From an uncultured Acidimicrobiales bacterium (lineage in GTDB: Bacteria; Actinomycetota; Acidimicrobiia; Acidimicrobiales; SHLQ01), in NCBI GenBank assembly GCA_938038815.1, contig CALHTF010000059.1:15023-79022 (forward strand): 64,000 nucleotides of DNA, written 5' to 3'. Below are positions 47,070 through 57,433 of the stretch, one piece after another (position 1 is the first letter of the stretch; each line of letters opens with the position of its first letter). Position numbers and translations under genes: made by a program. Under the pieces are notes generated by a model. That model was not told the DNA's origin. It worked only from the letters and a program-made list of their open reading frames with translations, and made no database searches.

Positions 47070-48308
47070 ATGACAAATACTCAGGCGGGTAACGGTAGTG
47101 CTGACGTTTTGGGCGGGCTGGTCAAGCCCCCCGGAAGCGAGCCACCAGCGGGTTGGACACCAGAGGTCCCTCGTATTCTTTTAAGTCCACCCGAGGCGGG
47201 CGTCGACGATGTCCACGCAGTGGTGCGAGCCCTCGCATCGGGATGGATCGCTCCAGCGGGCGGCGAACTGGGCGCCTTTGAGGACGAACTCGCGGCAACC
47301 ACGGGAGCCGAGGCGGTTCTGGCCACCAGCTCCGGCACCGCCTCTTTGCATCTCGCACTGTTGGTGTCGGGCGTGCAACCGGGCGACGACGTGGTCGTGC
47401 AGACCGCAACGTTCGCCGCATCAGCGTTCGCGGTCCGCCACGCGGGAGCTAACCCGGTGTTCTGCGATGTCGACGAAGCCACCGGAATGCTCGACCCTGC
47501 GCTCCTTCATGATTTTCTCCAGGAGCGGGCCGCGTCGGGGCGGCTTCCAGCTGCCGTCATGCCAGTCGATCTGTACGGGGTATGTGCGAACTACGCCGCG
47601 ATCGCCGCGGTCTGTGAGCCCTACGGCATCCCCATCGTGCAGGACGCCGCAGAATCATTGGGCGCCCGTTCGAATGGCCGAGCGGCTGGTACCCACGGCG
47701 ACCTGGCTGCCATCAGCTTCAACGGCAACAAGATCATCACCACGAGCGGCGGCGGCGCGCTACTAGGGCCGACCGAACGAGTCCGACACGCGGCGAAACT
47801 GGCGTCCCAAGCGCGTGAGCCAGTCGCTCACTATGAACATGCCGAGATCGGGTTCAACTATCGCATGTCGAATATCTTGGCCGCCCTTGGTCGAAGCCAA
47901 CTCGCAACCCTGGCCGACCGGGTCTCCAAGCGGCGGCGGGTACGCGACTTTTACCGCGCCGCATTGCCCGAACTCGGATGGATGCCCGATGGTGTCACCG
48001 AAGCACCAAACAACTGGCTCCAAGTTGCGCTCCTTCCCGAAGGAGTTCGGCCCCAGGCAGTGGCCGACCGACTCGATCACGCCGGAATCGAAGCCCGGCG
48101 AGGATGGAAACCAATGCATCTTCAGCCGGTCTTCGGACAGGCCGAGGCCATTGGCGGAACGGTCGCCGAAGGGTACTTTGCGCGGTCGTTGTGCCTCCCC
48201 AGCGGCCAGATGCTCAACTCCAGCGAGCTCGAACGGATCACCGTCGAACTCACCCACGCAATCGACGCTGAACGCCCGGTCGGCTCGGTCTACTCGATCA
48301 ACAAATGA
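47070..48308 (+). CDS. DegT/DnrJ/EryC1/StrS sugar aminotransferase (PglE/EpsN-like)
   Basis: ILLSPP, SSGTASLHLAL, DAAESLG, SFNGNKIITTSGGG, NYRMSN, WKPMHLQP, LCLPSG. Confidence 0.93.
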   Translation: MTNTQAGNGSADVLGGLVKPPGSEPPAGWTPEVPRILLSPPEAGVDDVHAVVRALASGWIAPAGGELGAFEDELAATTGAEAVLATSSGTASLHLALLVSGVQPGDDVVVQTATFAASAFAVRHAGANPVFCDVDEATGMLDPALLHDFLQERAASGRLPAAVMPVDLYGVCANYAAIAAVCEPYGIPIVQDAAESLGARSNGRAAGTHGDLAAISFNGNKIITTSGGGALLGPTERVRHAAKLASQAREPVAHYEHAEIGFNYRMSNILAALGRSQLATLADRVSKRRRVRDFYRAALPELGWMPDGVTEAPNNWLQVALLPEGVRPQAVADRLDHAGIEARRGWKPMHLQPVFGQAEAIGGTVAEGYFARSLCLPSGQMLNSSELERITVELTHAIDAERPVGSVYSINK

Positions 48309-49312
48309 CTGCCACACCGATCACCAGTGAGCTGGTCGTTCGTGAAGCGACGGCGGGCGATGTGAGCGAAGTAATCGAGGTGTGCACGTCGGCTCTCGGT
48401 TGGTCCGACTCGGATCCCAACGAGGCATTCTTCCGCTGGAAACACTTCGAAAACCCGTTCGGCGAGTCGCCCATTTGGCTCGCAACCGACGCCGGCCGCA
48501 TTGTCGGAGTTCGAGCTCTCATGCGTTGGGAGCTGTCGCTCGCCGGCGGCTCCGTGCTGTCGATGGTCCGGGCAGTCGACACCGCAACCGCTCCCACCCA
48601 CCAGGGGCAAGGTATCTTCACTCGCCTCACCAAAGCGGCGATCGAAGCCTCGAAGTCCAACGGCGTCGCCGCGGTCTTCAACACCCCCAACGACCAAAGC
48701 CGGCCCGGGTACCTCAAGATGGGTTGGCAGATTGTCGGGCGCGTCCCCATCGTCGTGCGACCGCGATCACCCCTGGCCCTCACGACGATGGCGAAGAGCC
48801 GCACCGCAGCGGAGAAATGGGGAGAACCGACCACGGTTGGCGAGCATCCCAGAGTCCTGTTCGAACCATCTCGAGTCGACGATCTCGAAGCACTCACGCG
48901 GTCATGTGCTGACTGCGAGCTCGTCCACACGAACCCGCGCCTGTCCTACCTCCAATGGCGCACCAGCTTTGCTCCACTCGAGTGTCGAATCATGATGCTG
49001 GGCGACACCATCGCCGACGGACTGATCATTTTCCGAATTCGAAAACGAGGCCCGCTTCGCCAGCTCTCGATTCTCGAGACCTTGGTGCCTGCCCATCAGA
49101 CCGAACGTCGAGTTCGCTCGGCGATCGGTCAACTCCTTGCGGCGACCGAAACCGATGTGGCGCTCGCCACCGCGGCGACCACCGCCACAACCCACGGTCT
49201 GGTGCCCCTTCCGCGATCCGGGCCAGTACTTACCTGGCGTCCCTTGGCCAACCCGCTGCTCCCCGCACCGCCCACGTTGGGTCTGTCGCTCGGGTCGCTC
49301 GAACTTTTCTAA
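48305..49312 (+). CDS. GNAT-family N-acyltransferase
   Basis: WKHFENPFG, RAVDTATAPTHQGQGIFTRL, FNTPNDQSRPGYLKMGW; ATGA overlap. Confidence 0.88.
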   Translation: MTATPITSELVVREATAGDVSEVIEVCTSALGWSDSDPNEAFFRWKHFENPFGESPIWLATDAGRIVGVRALMRWELSLAGGSVLSMVRAVDTATAPTHQGQGIFTRLTKAAIEASKSNGVAAVFNTPNDQSRPGYLKMGWQIVGRVPIVVRPRSPLALTTMAKSRTAAEKWGEPTTVGEHPRVLFEPSRVDDLEALTRSCADCELVHTNPRLSYLQWRTSFAPLECRIMMLGDTIADGLIIFRIRKRGPLRQLSILETLVPAHQTERRVRSAIGQLLAATETDVALATAATTATTHGLVPLPRSGPVLTWRPLANPLLPAPPTLGLSLGSLELF

Positions 49313-49315
49313 CGC

Positions 49316-50032
49316 TCAGCGCACCGCGCGCACAAGGACAAACGCCTCGGCCGCATCGACGTGCACCTGCGAGCCCCGCCAACGAGCCAGTGACTCAAGA
49401 GCGACGAGCGACCGAGCCGCCGGTGGCTCTTGCACCTGACTCTCGAAACACGAAAACGCTTCGAGCTTGGTCGAGAGGTGGTCGCTGATATCCATCCACA
49501 CATTTGGCGAGAACCCCGGCTCGATGGTGTGAGCGTTCCAATGGGTTTCCGATGGCGTCTCGTAGGCATACACCGCCTCGATACGTCGACCCATCGCTGT
49601 TGTTGGTCGCCAAGCAACCGAAGCCGCTGCGAAGACTCGTCGATGATCCTCGTGAAGGTCGAAAGGAAACGGGACGAACACCGTCTGCGGTTCGACCTCG
49701 GCGAAGACCTCATGGACGACCCGATTCAACTCATGCATCGGGACCTCCGGAAGCTGGGCGGCCGGAAGTTCGCGGTAGATCGTTTCGCGCACACCAAGGC
49801 AGGCGTGGGCCCGCTTGGCTTCGTCGCGCACCCGATCAAACACCGACTGATCGTAAATCGGGTGTGGGTGGACCGCACCGTGGCCGGTCAGCACAGCCAC
49901 CACGACATCTGATCCTTCCGAAGCGAGTCGGGCAATGGTGCCTCCGCAACCGAGTGTTTCGTCATCGGCATGAGGCGCAAGAACAAGCACCGTCTGGCCA
50001 GCGTTTGCCTCGCGTTCGTCAATCCTGTGCAT
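49316..50032 (-). CDS. PIG-L family deacetylase
   Basis: APHADDETLGCGG, DLHEDH, YETPSET, AEAF. Confidence 0.92.
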   Translation of the reverse strand: MHRIDEREANAGQTVLVLAPHADDETLGCGGTIARLASEGSDVVVAVLTGHGAVHPHPIYDQSVFDRVRDEAKRAHACLGVRETIYRELPAAQLPEVPMHELNRVVHEVFAEVEPQTVFVPFPFDLHEDHRRVFAAASVAWRPTTAMGRRIEAVYAYETPSETHWNAHTIEPGFSPNVWMDISDHLSTKLEAFSCFESQVQEPPAARSLVALESLARWRGSQVHVDAAEAFVLVRAVR

Positions 50033-50064
50033 CTGACCGTCTTATCAAGTTCCCACGCCGATGC

Positions 50065-51981
50065 CTAGTGAGGTTGTAGGTGCGGTTGGATTTGGTCGGT
50101 TGGTTGTTGTCCGATCTTGGCCAACGTCCGAATCAGAACGGCCAGTTCGTCGTTTGGTGCTTCGGCAACAACGGCTCGACTCAGGGTATGGATCAGCGCG
50201 GAAAGGGTCTTGCTTTCCAGCCGCTTCGGAAGCAGCTCCCGAACCGCAGGATGCGCCGTTAAGCGAACGTCCTCGTTGCTCGAACGAAGCTCCTCGTGAA
50301 GTTTTTCGCCGACCCGCATTCCGGTTATCTCGATATCGATGTCGACACCCGGCTCCTGGCCCGTCAAACGGATCATCTGCTCCGCAAGGTGCATGATGCT
50401 TGCCGGTTCGCCCATGTCGAGCATGAAAATGTTCCGGCCATCGGTCATCGTCGCCGCCTGAAGCACCAACTGCACGGCCTCTTGTACCGACATGAAGAAG
50501 CGTGTCATCCGCGGATCGGTAACCGTCACGGGACCGCCCATGCGAATTTGGCGTTCGAAGGTCGGCAGTACGCTGCCCCTGCTGCCCAGCACGTTGCCGA
50601 ACCGCACGCAGCTCCAGTTTGATCCCTCGGGTGCTCGGTCGAGCAGGAGTTGCTCGCCGAACCACTTGGTGGCGCCCATGACCGACGAAGGGTTCACCGC
50701 CTTATCGGTCGAAATGAAGACGAGGCGGTCGGTGCCGACCGCGGCCGCCGCCTCAAATACGGCGTCGGTACCGGCGATGTTGGTCTTGAACGCCTCGTCG
50801 GCATAGTCCTCGAGCACCGGCACGTGTTTGAGCGCCGCAGCGTGCAACACCAGTTCGGGTCGAACCGATTCGAAGATCCGGAGCACCCGGGCTCGGTCGC
50901 GAACGTTCACCAGGATCGACTCAGCCCCCACCGACGGGTCGATCTTTGCCCGCGCGTCGTGCAGGTGCGTCTCGTCGCAGTCGAGCAGCAGTAACCGCCC
51001 GGGTTCGAATTCGGAGATCTGTCGGGCGATCTCACTGCCTATCGATCCACCGCCGCCGGTAACCACGACACACCGGCCCTTGATCATCGACCGCACCGCA
51101 TCGAGATCGGTTGTGACCTCGGGACGGCCGAGAAGGTCGTCGATCTGAAGATCACGAACATCACGGACCGAAACGCTCTTTTCACCGTCGTCGTCGGCGA
51201 GGAGTTCGCGAATATGGGGTACCAGCTTGAGCGGCAGCGATGCATCCTCTACCAAGCGAGTCATGCGCCGGACGGTGGAGCTGTCGGCGGTCGGGAGGGC
51301 GATCAAAACCGAATCGATGTCGTCGGCAAATTCGGCGATTCGAGAGACCGGGCCATGGACCGGCAGCCCGAGGATCCGTTTGCCAACCTTGCGCACGTCG
51401 TCATCGAGGAAGAGCACCGGCGCATAGGTATGGCCTTCGTCCTCCAACATACTTCGCACGACCTGAGCGCCCGCAGCGCCCGCACCGATAACCGCAACCC
51501 GAGTAAGCGCCTCTTCCTTTTTCGCCTCGAGAGACCGTCGCTGGACGAACAGGCGTGACTGGAATCGAAGCAGTCCACACGCCCCGGTGACAAACACCCC
51601 GCCGACCACCGGCAAGCTCAAGGGCACCGCCGACCGGTCGGCGAAGGCCACAACGGTCATCACGACGAGCGACAACGAACCGGCGCTGAGGACTCGGCGA
51701 GCCTCCGACGAGGAAGCGAGGCTCCAAACTGCGGAGTACAGGCCAAAGGACGCATTGATGCTGAGGTGCACCACCAACCCGACGGCCACGAACCACCCAA
51801 ATCCCGTCCAGTACCCGGTCGGAATCCGAGCATCGAAACGCATGACGACCAAGATCGTGTAGATCCCGGTGATCATCACCGCATCGAGCAAAAGCAACGC
51901 AAGTCGTGTCTGCAGCGCGTGGGCAGTAAATCGCCCCGCGCGCGACAACGACAGTCGTCTAGTAAGTCCTATCCCGCCCAT
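50065..51981 (-). CDS. Membrane nucleotide-sugar 4,6-dehydratase (CapD/PglF/WbpM type)
   Basis: GAGGAG RBS + ATG 51981; 4 TMs; GAGAAG, DLLGR, TGGGGSIGSE, HAAALKHVP, ISTDKAVNP, VRFGNVLGSRGSV, GEKLHEEL. Confidence 0.95.
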   Translation of the reverse strand: MGGIGLTRRLSLSRAGRFTAHALQTRLALLLLDAVMITGIYTILVVMRFDARIPTGYWTGFGWFVAVGLVVHLSINASFGLYSAVWSLASSSEARRVLSAGSLSLVVMTVVAFADRSAVPLSLPVVGGVFVTGACGLLRFQSRLFVQRRSLEAKKEEALTRVAVIGAGAAGAQVVRSMLEDEGHTYAPVLFLDDDVRKVGKRILGLPVHGPVSRIAEFADDIDSVLIALPTADSSTVRRMTRLVEDASLPLKLVPHIRELLADDDGEKSVSVRDVRDLQIDDLLGRPEVTTDLDAVRSMIKGRCVVVTGGGGSIGSEIARQISEFEPGRLLLLDCDETHLHDARAKIDPSVGAESILVNVRDRARVLRIFESVRPELVLHAAALKHVPVLEDYADEAFKTNIAGTDAVFEAAAAVGTDRLVFISTDKAVNPSSVMGATKWFGEQLLLDRAPEGSNWSCVRFGNVLGSRGSVLPTFERQIRMGGPVTVTDPRMTRFFMSVQEAVQLVLQAATMTDGRNIFMLDMGEPASIMHLAEQMIRLTGQEPGVDIDIEITGMRVGEKLHEELRSSNEDVRLTAHPAVRELLPKRLESKTLSALIHTLSRAVVAEAPNDELAVLIRTLAKIGQQPTDQIQPHLQPH

Positions 51982-52160
51982 GGTTCTCCTCGTTTTGTAC
52001 GCCCGCCGTAGGAGTACTGGGGTCACCCTACCGCACTTCACATCTGGAGAAAAGTGCCTTGCCCCACGAACGAATGGGTACTCGATGCAGTCCGGTTTTG
52101 GCGTTGAGTCGGGTACTCTGGCCTTCGTGGCGCTCTTGGCGGGGCCGAAAGGACAGCACC

Positions 52161-54665
52161 ATGGATGGTCATTTCTCACGACTGGCGGGTCTTCAACGAT
52201 GGCTCGATAACTCACGGGCACGAGCTACCGGAGTTGTGGTGGTTGGTTTCGCCACCCTGATAGCCATTGCGTCTGCGGCGTGGTCGAGCGGCGGCCCGGT
52301 CACCTCATCGTCGGTCGCCGAAGCGTCGACCGACCTTTCGCCAGCCCAGGCAACCAGCTCGGTTACCTCGGCGACCTCAGGAGCATGGACTGACCCCAAC
52401 ACATGGCGCGGTGGCAAGGTCCCGCCAGCATGGGCTCATGTTCAGATCTTGGCGGGCCACACGGTTTCGCTCGACACGTCGGCCAAGGTGTTCGGCCTCG
52501 ACGTTTCTGGAGTGCTCGAGTACTCAGCCGAGAAAAGCGCAGTGCTGCGAAGCAACAGGAATGTCATCGTTGCCGGCACGCTCAAGATGGGCTACGCCGA
52601 CGATCAGGTGCACCAGCTCCGGTTCGTAGATGTCGATCAGGAAGCCTTTGTCGGGGGCGGGCTCGACGTCATCGACTCCGACGTTGGCCTCTGGGTCATG
52701 GAGGACGGTCAACTCCTCGCCGAAGGACAACCACGGCGAGGCTGGTCCCGGGTGACCCACGGCATCTCCGAGGGCAAGAGGAAGATCACCGTTGAGGACG
52801 CGTCGGGTTGGCAGGTTGGCGATCGGATCGCCATTGCGCCGACCATGCCTCACGGCGACAGCGAACTCGCCGAAAGCTACGACGGGTTCCACCGCACCAA
52901 GATCCGCTCGATCAAGGGCAACCGGATCACCCTGGGACGACGGACGGTCGATGATCACCCAAAGGTGAACAAAACCTGGACCGCCGAGGTGATGAACCTG
53001 ACCCGGTCGGTGATCATCGGCGGCATCAACTCCTCGAACAAAGCGCACATCTTCATCCGGTCGACAAAACCCTCACGACTGAAGTACGTCGAGATCGTCA
53101 ACAGCGGTCCCGGCAAGATTCGAGACGGCGGCTGGTCGGTTAGCGGGCAGGTCGATGGTCGCTACGGACTGCATATCCACCACAGCGGCAACGGCAGCAA
53201 CGGCATGCTGGTCGAGGGTGTTGTCATGCGTAACTTCGGTTTCAAAGGCTTCGTTCCCCATATGAGCCACGGCATTACCTTTCGCGACACGGTTGCCTTT
53301 GGCGGCGGGAGTACCGCCTACTGGTGGGACCAGCAAGAACGAAGCAACGACATCCTTTTTGACCGCACCATCGGCGCCAAGATCAAGTCCGAGGACGGCG
53401 TGTACTTTCTGGCCACCGGCGACAACGTCGAAGTTCGCGACTCGGTCGCCGTCGGGTCGATCGTGGTCGCCAACAGCGGAGGTTACGAGTGGGAAAACGG
53501 CGATACCGGAAGCTGGGAGTTCTCCGGCAATATCGCCCACAACCTGCGCGGCAACGGCATAAGAATCTGGCAGAACACCCAAGAAAACCACGTGTTGAGC
53601 GACTTCGCCGTCTACCACGTCGATGAGATAGCGATTCGACTTGGGGCCTATACGAACAACTACCACCTCAAAGACTTCGACATCTTCGGCTACGGCGAGT
53701 CGGGGCTCGAACTACTCGCCGTCTCGCGGCAACCGCACCAAGACCTGTCCAAGCCGGCCGGTCTGGTGGTGGAAAACGGCGTCATCGATGGCGCCGATAC
53801 CAGTCCAGGTCCAAACATTGCGATCCGCGAGGGCGCCGTGCCGGGTACCTGGCCCATCACCGTCCGAAACGTGAAGCTGCGGGGACGAGCCGGCCAGAAA
53901 CAACCGGCGGTATGGCTTCATGAAGGGGCAAACGACAAGAAGCTTGACTTCATCGACGTAGCGATCAGAAATGGCCCAACACCAAAGTTCTTTCTCGAAA
54001 ACGGCACGGCGGTCGGTGCGGACGGCGACGGACAATCGTGGATCCGGGTGCAGAAGAACAACAACGCCTGGCGCCTCCGGCCCGCCGACCAGAACCGCGA
54101 CAACGGTGCGGATTTCCGAGAGGCCTGGAACGCCTGGTCGGTCGCTATTGCCCCGTTTGCTCCTACGAAGTGGGGCAACGGCACGGGATTGTTGGCTGAG
54201 TACTTCGACGACCTCCGCCTGAAGAAAAAGCACTTTGAGTCGATCGACCCCTACATCGAGTTCTTCGAAACTCAAGACCCGATCTACCACACCATCAATT
54301 CGAGTCGAACCGGCGCCCGCTGGACCGGCTCTATCGAGGCCCAACAGACGGGTCAGCACCGGTTGATTCCCCAGGGCGAAATGGTGCGCCTCTGGGTCGA
54401 CGGCAAACTCGTCGTGAATAGCTGGAACAAGCCGTTGACCGACTCCGGGTTCCTCAGTTTCCGAGCCGGGCAGCGCTACCAAATTCGGCTCGAGGTCGGC
54501 AACCGACTGGCGACCGATCAGCTGCATTTCTTTGCCGACCTGATGTGGCTACGGCCCGGCGAATCGGTTCCCGAGTACATTCCACAGAGTCAGCTGTACC
54601 CGCCTGCCGGGGTCGCGGACCGGCCATTTGTTCGCAACGACCCCGCCGTCGCTCGCTCGAACTAG
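52161..54665 (+). CDS. Exported G8-domain + parallel beta-helix + PA14-domain protein
   Basis: SGAWTDPNTWRGGKVP..I.AGHTV.LD (G8 start); AEVMNLTRSVII; GRYGLHIHH, HMSHGI; GTGLLAEYFD..ARWTGSI..VRLWVDGKLVV..GQRYQIRLE..IPQSQLYP (PA14). Confidence 0.8.
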   Translation: MDGHFSRLAGLQRWLDNSRARATGVVVVGFATLIAIASAAWSSGGPVTSSSVAEASTDLSPAQATSSVTSATSGAWTDPNTWRGGKVPPAWAHVQILAGHTVSLDTSAKVFGLDVSGVLEYSAEKSAVLRSNRNVIVAGTLKMGYADDQVHQLRFVDVDQEAFVGGGLDVIDSDVGLWVMEDGQLLAEGQPRRGWSRVTHGISEGKRKITVEDASGWQVGDRIAIAPTMPHGDSELAESYDGFHRTKIRSIKGNRITLGRRTVDDHPKVNKTWTAEVMNLTRSVIIGGINSSNKAHIFIRSTKPSRLKYVEIVNSGPGKIRDGGWSVSGQVDGRYGLHIHHSGNGSNGMLVEGVVMRNFGFKGFVPHMSHGITFRDTVAFGGGSTAYWWDQQERSNDILFDRTIGAKIKSEDGVYFLATGDNVEVRDSVAVGSIVVANSGGYEWENGDTGSWEFSGNIAHNLRGNGIRIWQNTQENHVLSDFAVYHVDEIAIRLGAYTNNYHLKDFDIFGYGESGLELLAVSRQPHQDLSKPAGLVVENGVIDGADTSPGPNIAIREGAVPGTWPITVRNVKLRGRAGQKQPAVWLHEGANDKKLDFIDVAIRNGPTPKFFLENGTAVGADGDGQSWIRVQKNNNAWRLRPADQNRDNGADFREAWNAWSVAIAPFAPTKWGNGTGLLAEYFDDLRLKKKHFESIDPYIEFFETQDPIYHTINSSRTGARWTGSIEAQQTGQHRLIPQGEMVRLWVDGKLVVNSWNKPLTDSGFLSFRAGQRYQIRLEVGNRLATDQLHFFADLMWLRPGESVPEYIPQSQLYPPAGVADRPFVRNDPAVARSN

Positions 54666-54678
54666 TCCCCCAGCGGGC

Positions 54679-55356
54679 TCATCGCTGCGAGCCGATCGTT
54701 GGGGTGATCCACAACGCTCCTATCACGGCGGCCAGTATCAGCACTGCCCCTGCCGTCGCAGCAAGGACACTCGCCTGCCCACCAGCCAGGCGCGACCAGC
54801 AAACGATCGCTATCGCATAGACCCCAAGCCGCACGGGTGGCCGGGTCTCGCCAAAACCGAACGCTATGGGAGCTAGGGCCATCGCCGAAACGCACGCCGC
54901 AGCCGCCACCCACGACGACCCACGAAACGACGCGTCGGCAACCGTGACCCAGGCGAGCAGACCGGCGATGGCCGCCGTGGTCACCAGGCCAAAGGGTGCA
55001 AGCTTGGCGAACCAGATCAGTGCGCCAGCGAGAACGGTCGGAAGTACCAAGAGCCGAAGCAGGTCGGTTTCGGGAACACAGAGGTACAACCCAACCACCG
55101 CACCACACAGGATCATCGAGACATCACGACGAGCCCCGACATCGGCGTTCCGGATTCCCCACACGGCGGCCGAGAGGGCGACGATCAAGGCGGTGGCCGC
55201 CGCGAACACCACCGACGGCTGCCGGTCGGCGAGCGTGAGCGAAGAAAACGAGGCCGACAGCGTGGGCCGAGTAAACGCCGTGACAACGAGCCACACGGTC
55301 AGTAACAAGAACCCCGCGCCGACGGGCGGGGCGTCGGACCGGGGAGCGTCGATCAC
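54679..55356 (-). CDS. Hypothetical polytopic membrane protein
   Basis: Multiple hydrophobic helices; GTGA overlap with the upstream glycosyltransferase. Confidence 0.7.
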   Translation of the reverse strand: MIDAPRSDAPPVGAGFLLLTVWLVVTAFTRPTLSASFSSLTLADRQPSVVFAAATALIVALSAAVWGIRNADVGARRDVSMILCGAVVGLYLCVPETDLLRLLVLPTVLAGALIWFAKLAPFGLVTTAAIAGLLAWVTVADASFRGSSWVAAAACVSAMALAPIAFGFGETRPPVRLGVYAIAIVCWSRLAGGQASVLAATAGAVLILAAVIGALWITPTIGSQR

Positions 55357-56531
55357 AGCTCCGGGCGTCCGGACCGAACCGCCGACTTCACCAACGCTCG
55401 GTGATAGAACTCGAACATCTCGTCGGCACTGCGACTAATGGTGAACCGTTCAGAGAACCGGCGCTGGGCCAGCACCGAGCGCTCGTGTGCTGATCGAGGG
55501 TCGCCCAACACATCAAGGATCGCGCTAGCGAGCTCGTCAGGCTCGGCGGCATTGACCAAAAGAGCCTCGGCGTCCGATACGACTTCTTTCACCTGAGGAA
55601 GGTCGCTCGCCACGGCCGGGCAACCGACCGCCATCGCCTCGAGGAGGACGCCCGGGAGGCCTTCTCGACGCGAAGGCAGCACAAACACCTGAGCCGCGGC
55701 CAGCAACACCTTCGTGTCGGTTCGGTAGCCGAGTAGATGTACCGAGTCGCCCAATCCGGTTCGCTCGATGATCGACTCCAAGAGGTTGGTCGCCTTGCCC
55801 GTACCTCCAGCGATTACCAACACTGCGTCGGGGACCTGTTCGTGCACGGTGGCAAATGCTTCGAGCAAGCGATCGAGACCCTTCGGGCGCTCGTGCCGCC
55901 CAATGGCGAGGACCAACGGCCGGTCGCCGATCCCGAGCTGCAACCGCACAGCCGACTGAGTTCGGTCGTCAACGGTCGACATCAGCGAACGTTGACGACC
56001 TCGATGTACCACTTCGATCCTGCTGTCGGGGTACGCCAGGTTCCGAGACATTGTCTTGGCCACGTGATGGGAGACCGCATGAAGTCGCGTGGTGAGTCGC
56101 GCCGTGCAGGCATCGAGCGTTTGAGCGAGTCGAAGTCGGAGCCTCGGGATCGAGTCGTCTTCGATCTGGTCAGGGCCGTACCGTTCGGTTGGGAGGGTCG
56201 ACACCACCGGTGTACGACACACAAAGGCGGCTATTCGACCGCAGATGTCCGCGTCGAAAAGCGACGTATGAACAACATGGGGCGAGCGGTCGCGGATGAG
56301 ATCGTGGAGCGCCAGAATCCAGCCGACGCGGGTGTGCTGGTAGGACAAGTCGTGAAGCGGGACACCGAGCCCCACGACCTCGGCCGACAGCCCTGGCCTG
56401 TCGTGGAGCACCGCGACCTCAGGCTGGATTCCACGTTCGATGAGGAACGGGAGGATGGCCACGGTGGAATGTTCGGCACCCCCGGGCGCCAAGCTGTCGA
56501 GCACCAGCAAGACCCGAAGCGGCGGACTCAT
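55353..56531 (-). CDS. Glycosyltransferase family 4
   Basis: GGAEH, KGLD, FVLPSRREGLPGVLLEAMA. Confidence 0.92.
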   Translation of the reverse strand: MSPPLRVLLVLDSLAPGGAEHSTVAILPFLIERGIQPEVAVLHDRPGLSAEVVGLGVPLHDLSYQHTRVGWILALHDLIRDRSPHVVHTSLFDADICGRIAAFVCRTPVVSTLPTERYGPDQIEDDSIPRLRLRLAQTLDACTARLTTRLHAVSHHVAKTMSRNLAYPDSRIEVVHRGRQRSLMSTVDDRTQSAVRLQLGIGDRPLVLAIGRHERPKGLDRLLEAFATVHEQVPDAVLVIAGGTGKATNLLESIIERTGLGDSVHLLGYRTDTKVLLAAAQVFVLPSRREGLPGVLLEAMAVGCPAVASDLPQVKEVVSDAEALLVNAAEPDELASAILDVLGDPRSAHERSVLAQRRFSERFTISRSADEMFEFYHRALVKSAVRSGRPEL

Positions 56532-57433
56532 CGGGCGATGCCAACGACCGCCGGCCAGCGGCGCCGGCCAACCGGCGGTACCCACGAGGCCGCCAACCGA
56601 AGCCAACGACGGGAGTCGGTCGGATCCAACCGGGCCGCCCGCCCCAAGTGCTTCCGCGCCCGCCCGTAGTCACCGCACTTGGCGGCGTTCACGCCCGCGA
56701 TCGATCGGTAGTCGGCGAGCACCGACGGAATTCGTGCCAGGGTGGGCGTGTGATGCTCAAGGATGTACTCGGCGCCGTGAAGTAGATCGGCCGGCTGGCT
56801 GAGGGGCCGATTGGCGGGCGACCGACGCTCGATCGTAATGAGTGCCTGGTCGGTGTACGAGGAGGTTTGTCCTCGCGAAGCGAGCATGGGCAAGGTCCGA
56901 AGCAGCAACTCCGACTGGTGGCTTACCCGAAGGTCTTCCGCGTAGCCGCCGGCCTCGCGGACGACATCGGCGTCGATAGCGAAGGTTCCAGCGAGAAAGG
57001 TGCCCACCACGCCGGGATACAGCGGATGCTGCAAGCCCCCGTAGAACAAGGGATTTTGGCCGTGCTCATCGATTGCGGTGCAGGCACAGGAACTAATGCC
57101 GGTTTGCGGGCCGATCCCCGCGTGGAGCCCGGCGAGCCAACCCGGCTCGACCGGATCGTCGTCATCGAGGAACACAAGAAACCGACCCCAGCTGTTTTCG
57201 ATGCCGGTGTTTCGAGCAGCGGAGAGACCACCATTTGGTCGATTGATCACCCGCACTCGCGGGTTGCGAATGCTGGCTAGCCGTTCAGCGGTGTCGTCGG
57301 CCGAGCCATCGTTGACCACGACGAGTTCAAAGTCATCGAAGGTTTGCGCCAGGACCGACGCGACCGCGCTCTCGATGCGGTCGCCGCGGTTGTAGGTGCA
57401 CAGCACGACGCTTATCTCTGGTCGCTGACTCAT
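56528..57433 (-). CDS. Glycosyltransferase family 2
   Basis: SVVLCTYNR, VVNDGSAD, NGGLSAARNTG, FLDDDD. Confidence 0.93.
   Translation of the reverse strand: MSQRPEISVVLCTYNRGDRIESAVASVLAQTFDDFELVVVNDGSADDTAERLASIRNPRVRVINRPNGGLSAARNTGIENSWGRFLVFLDDDDPVEPGWLAGLHAGIGPQTGISSCACTAIDEHGQNPLFYGGLQHPLYPGVVGTFLAGTFAIDADVVREAGGYAEDLRVSHQSELLLRTLPMLASRGQTSSYTDQALITIERRSPANRPLSQPADLLHGAEYILEHHTPTLARIPSVLADYRSIAGVNAAKCGDYGRARKHLGRAARLDPTDSRRWLRLAASWVPPVGRRRWPAVVGIAR

Noticed and set aside
51982-52221. Overlapping N-terminal extensions of the capD-like and G8 ORFs
   Set aside because: Both have better downstream starts with RBS (51981, 52161), leaving a normal divergent intergenic region
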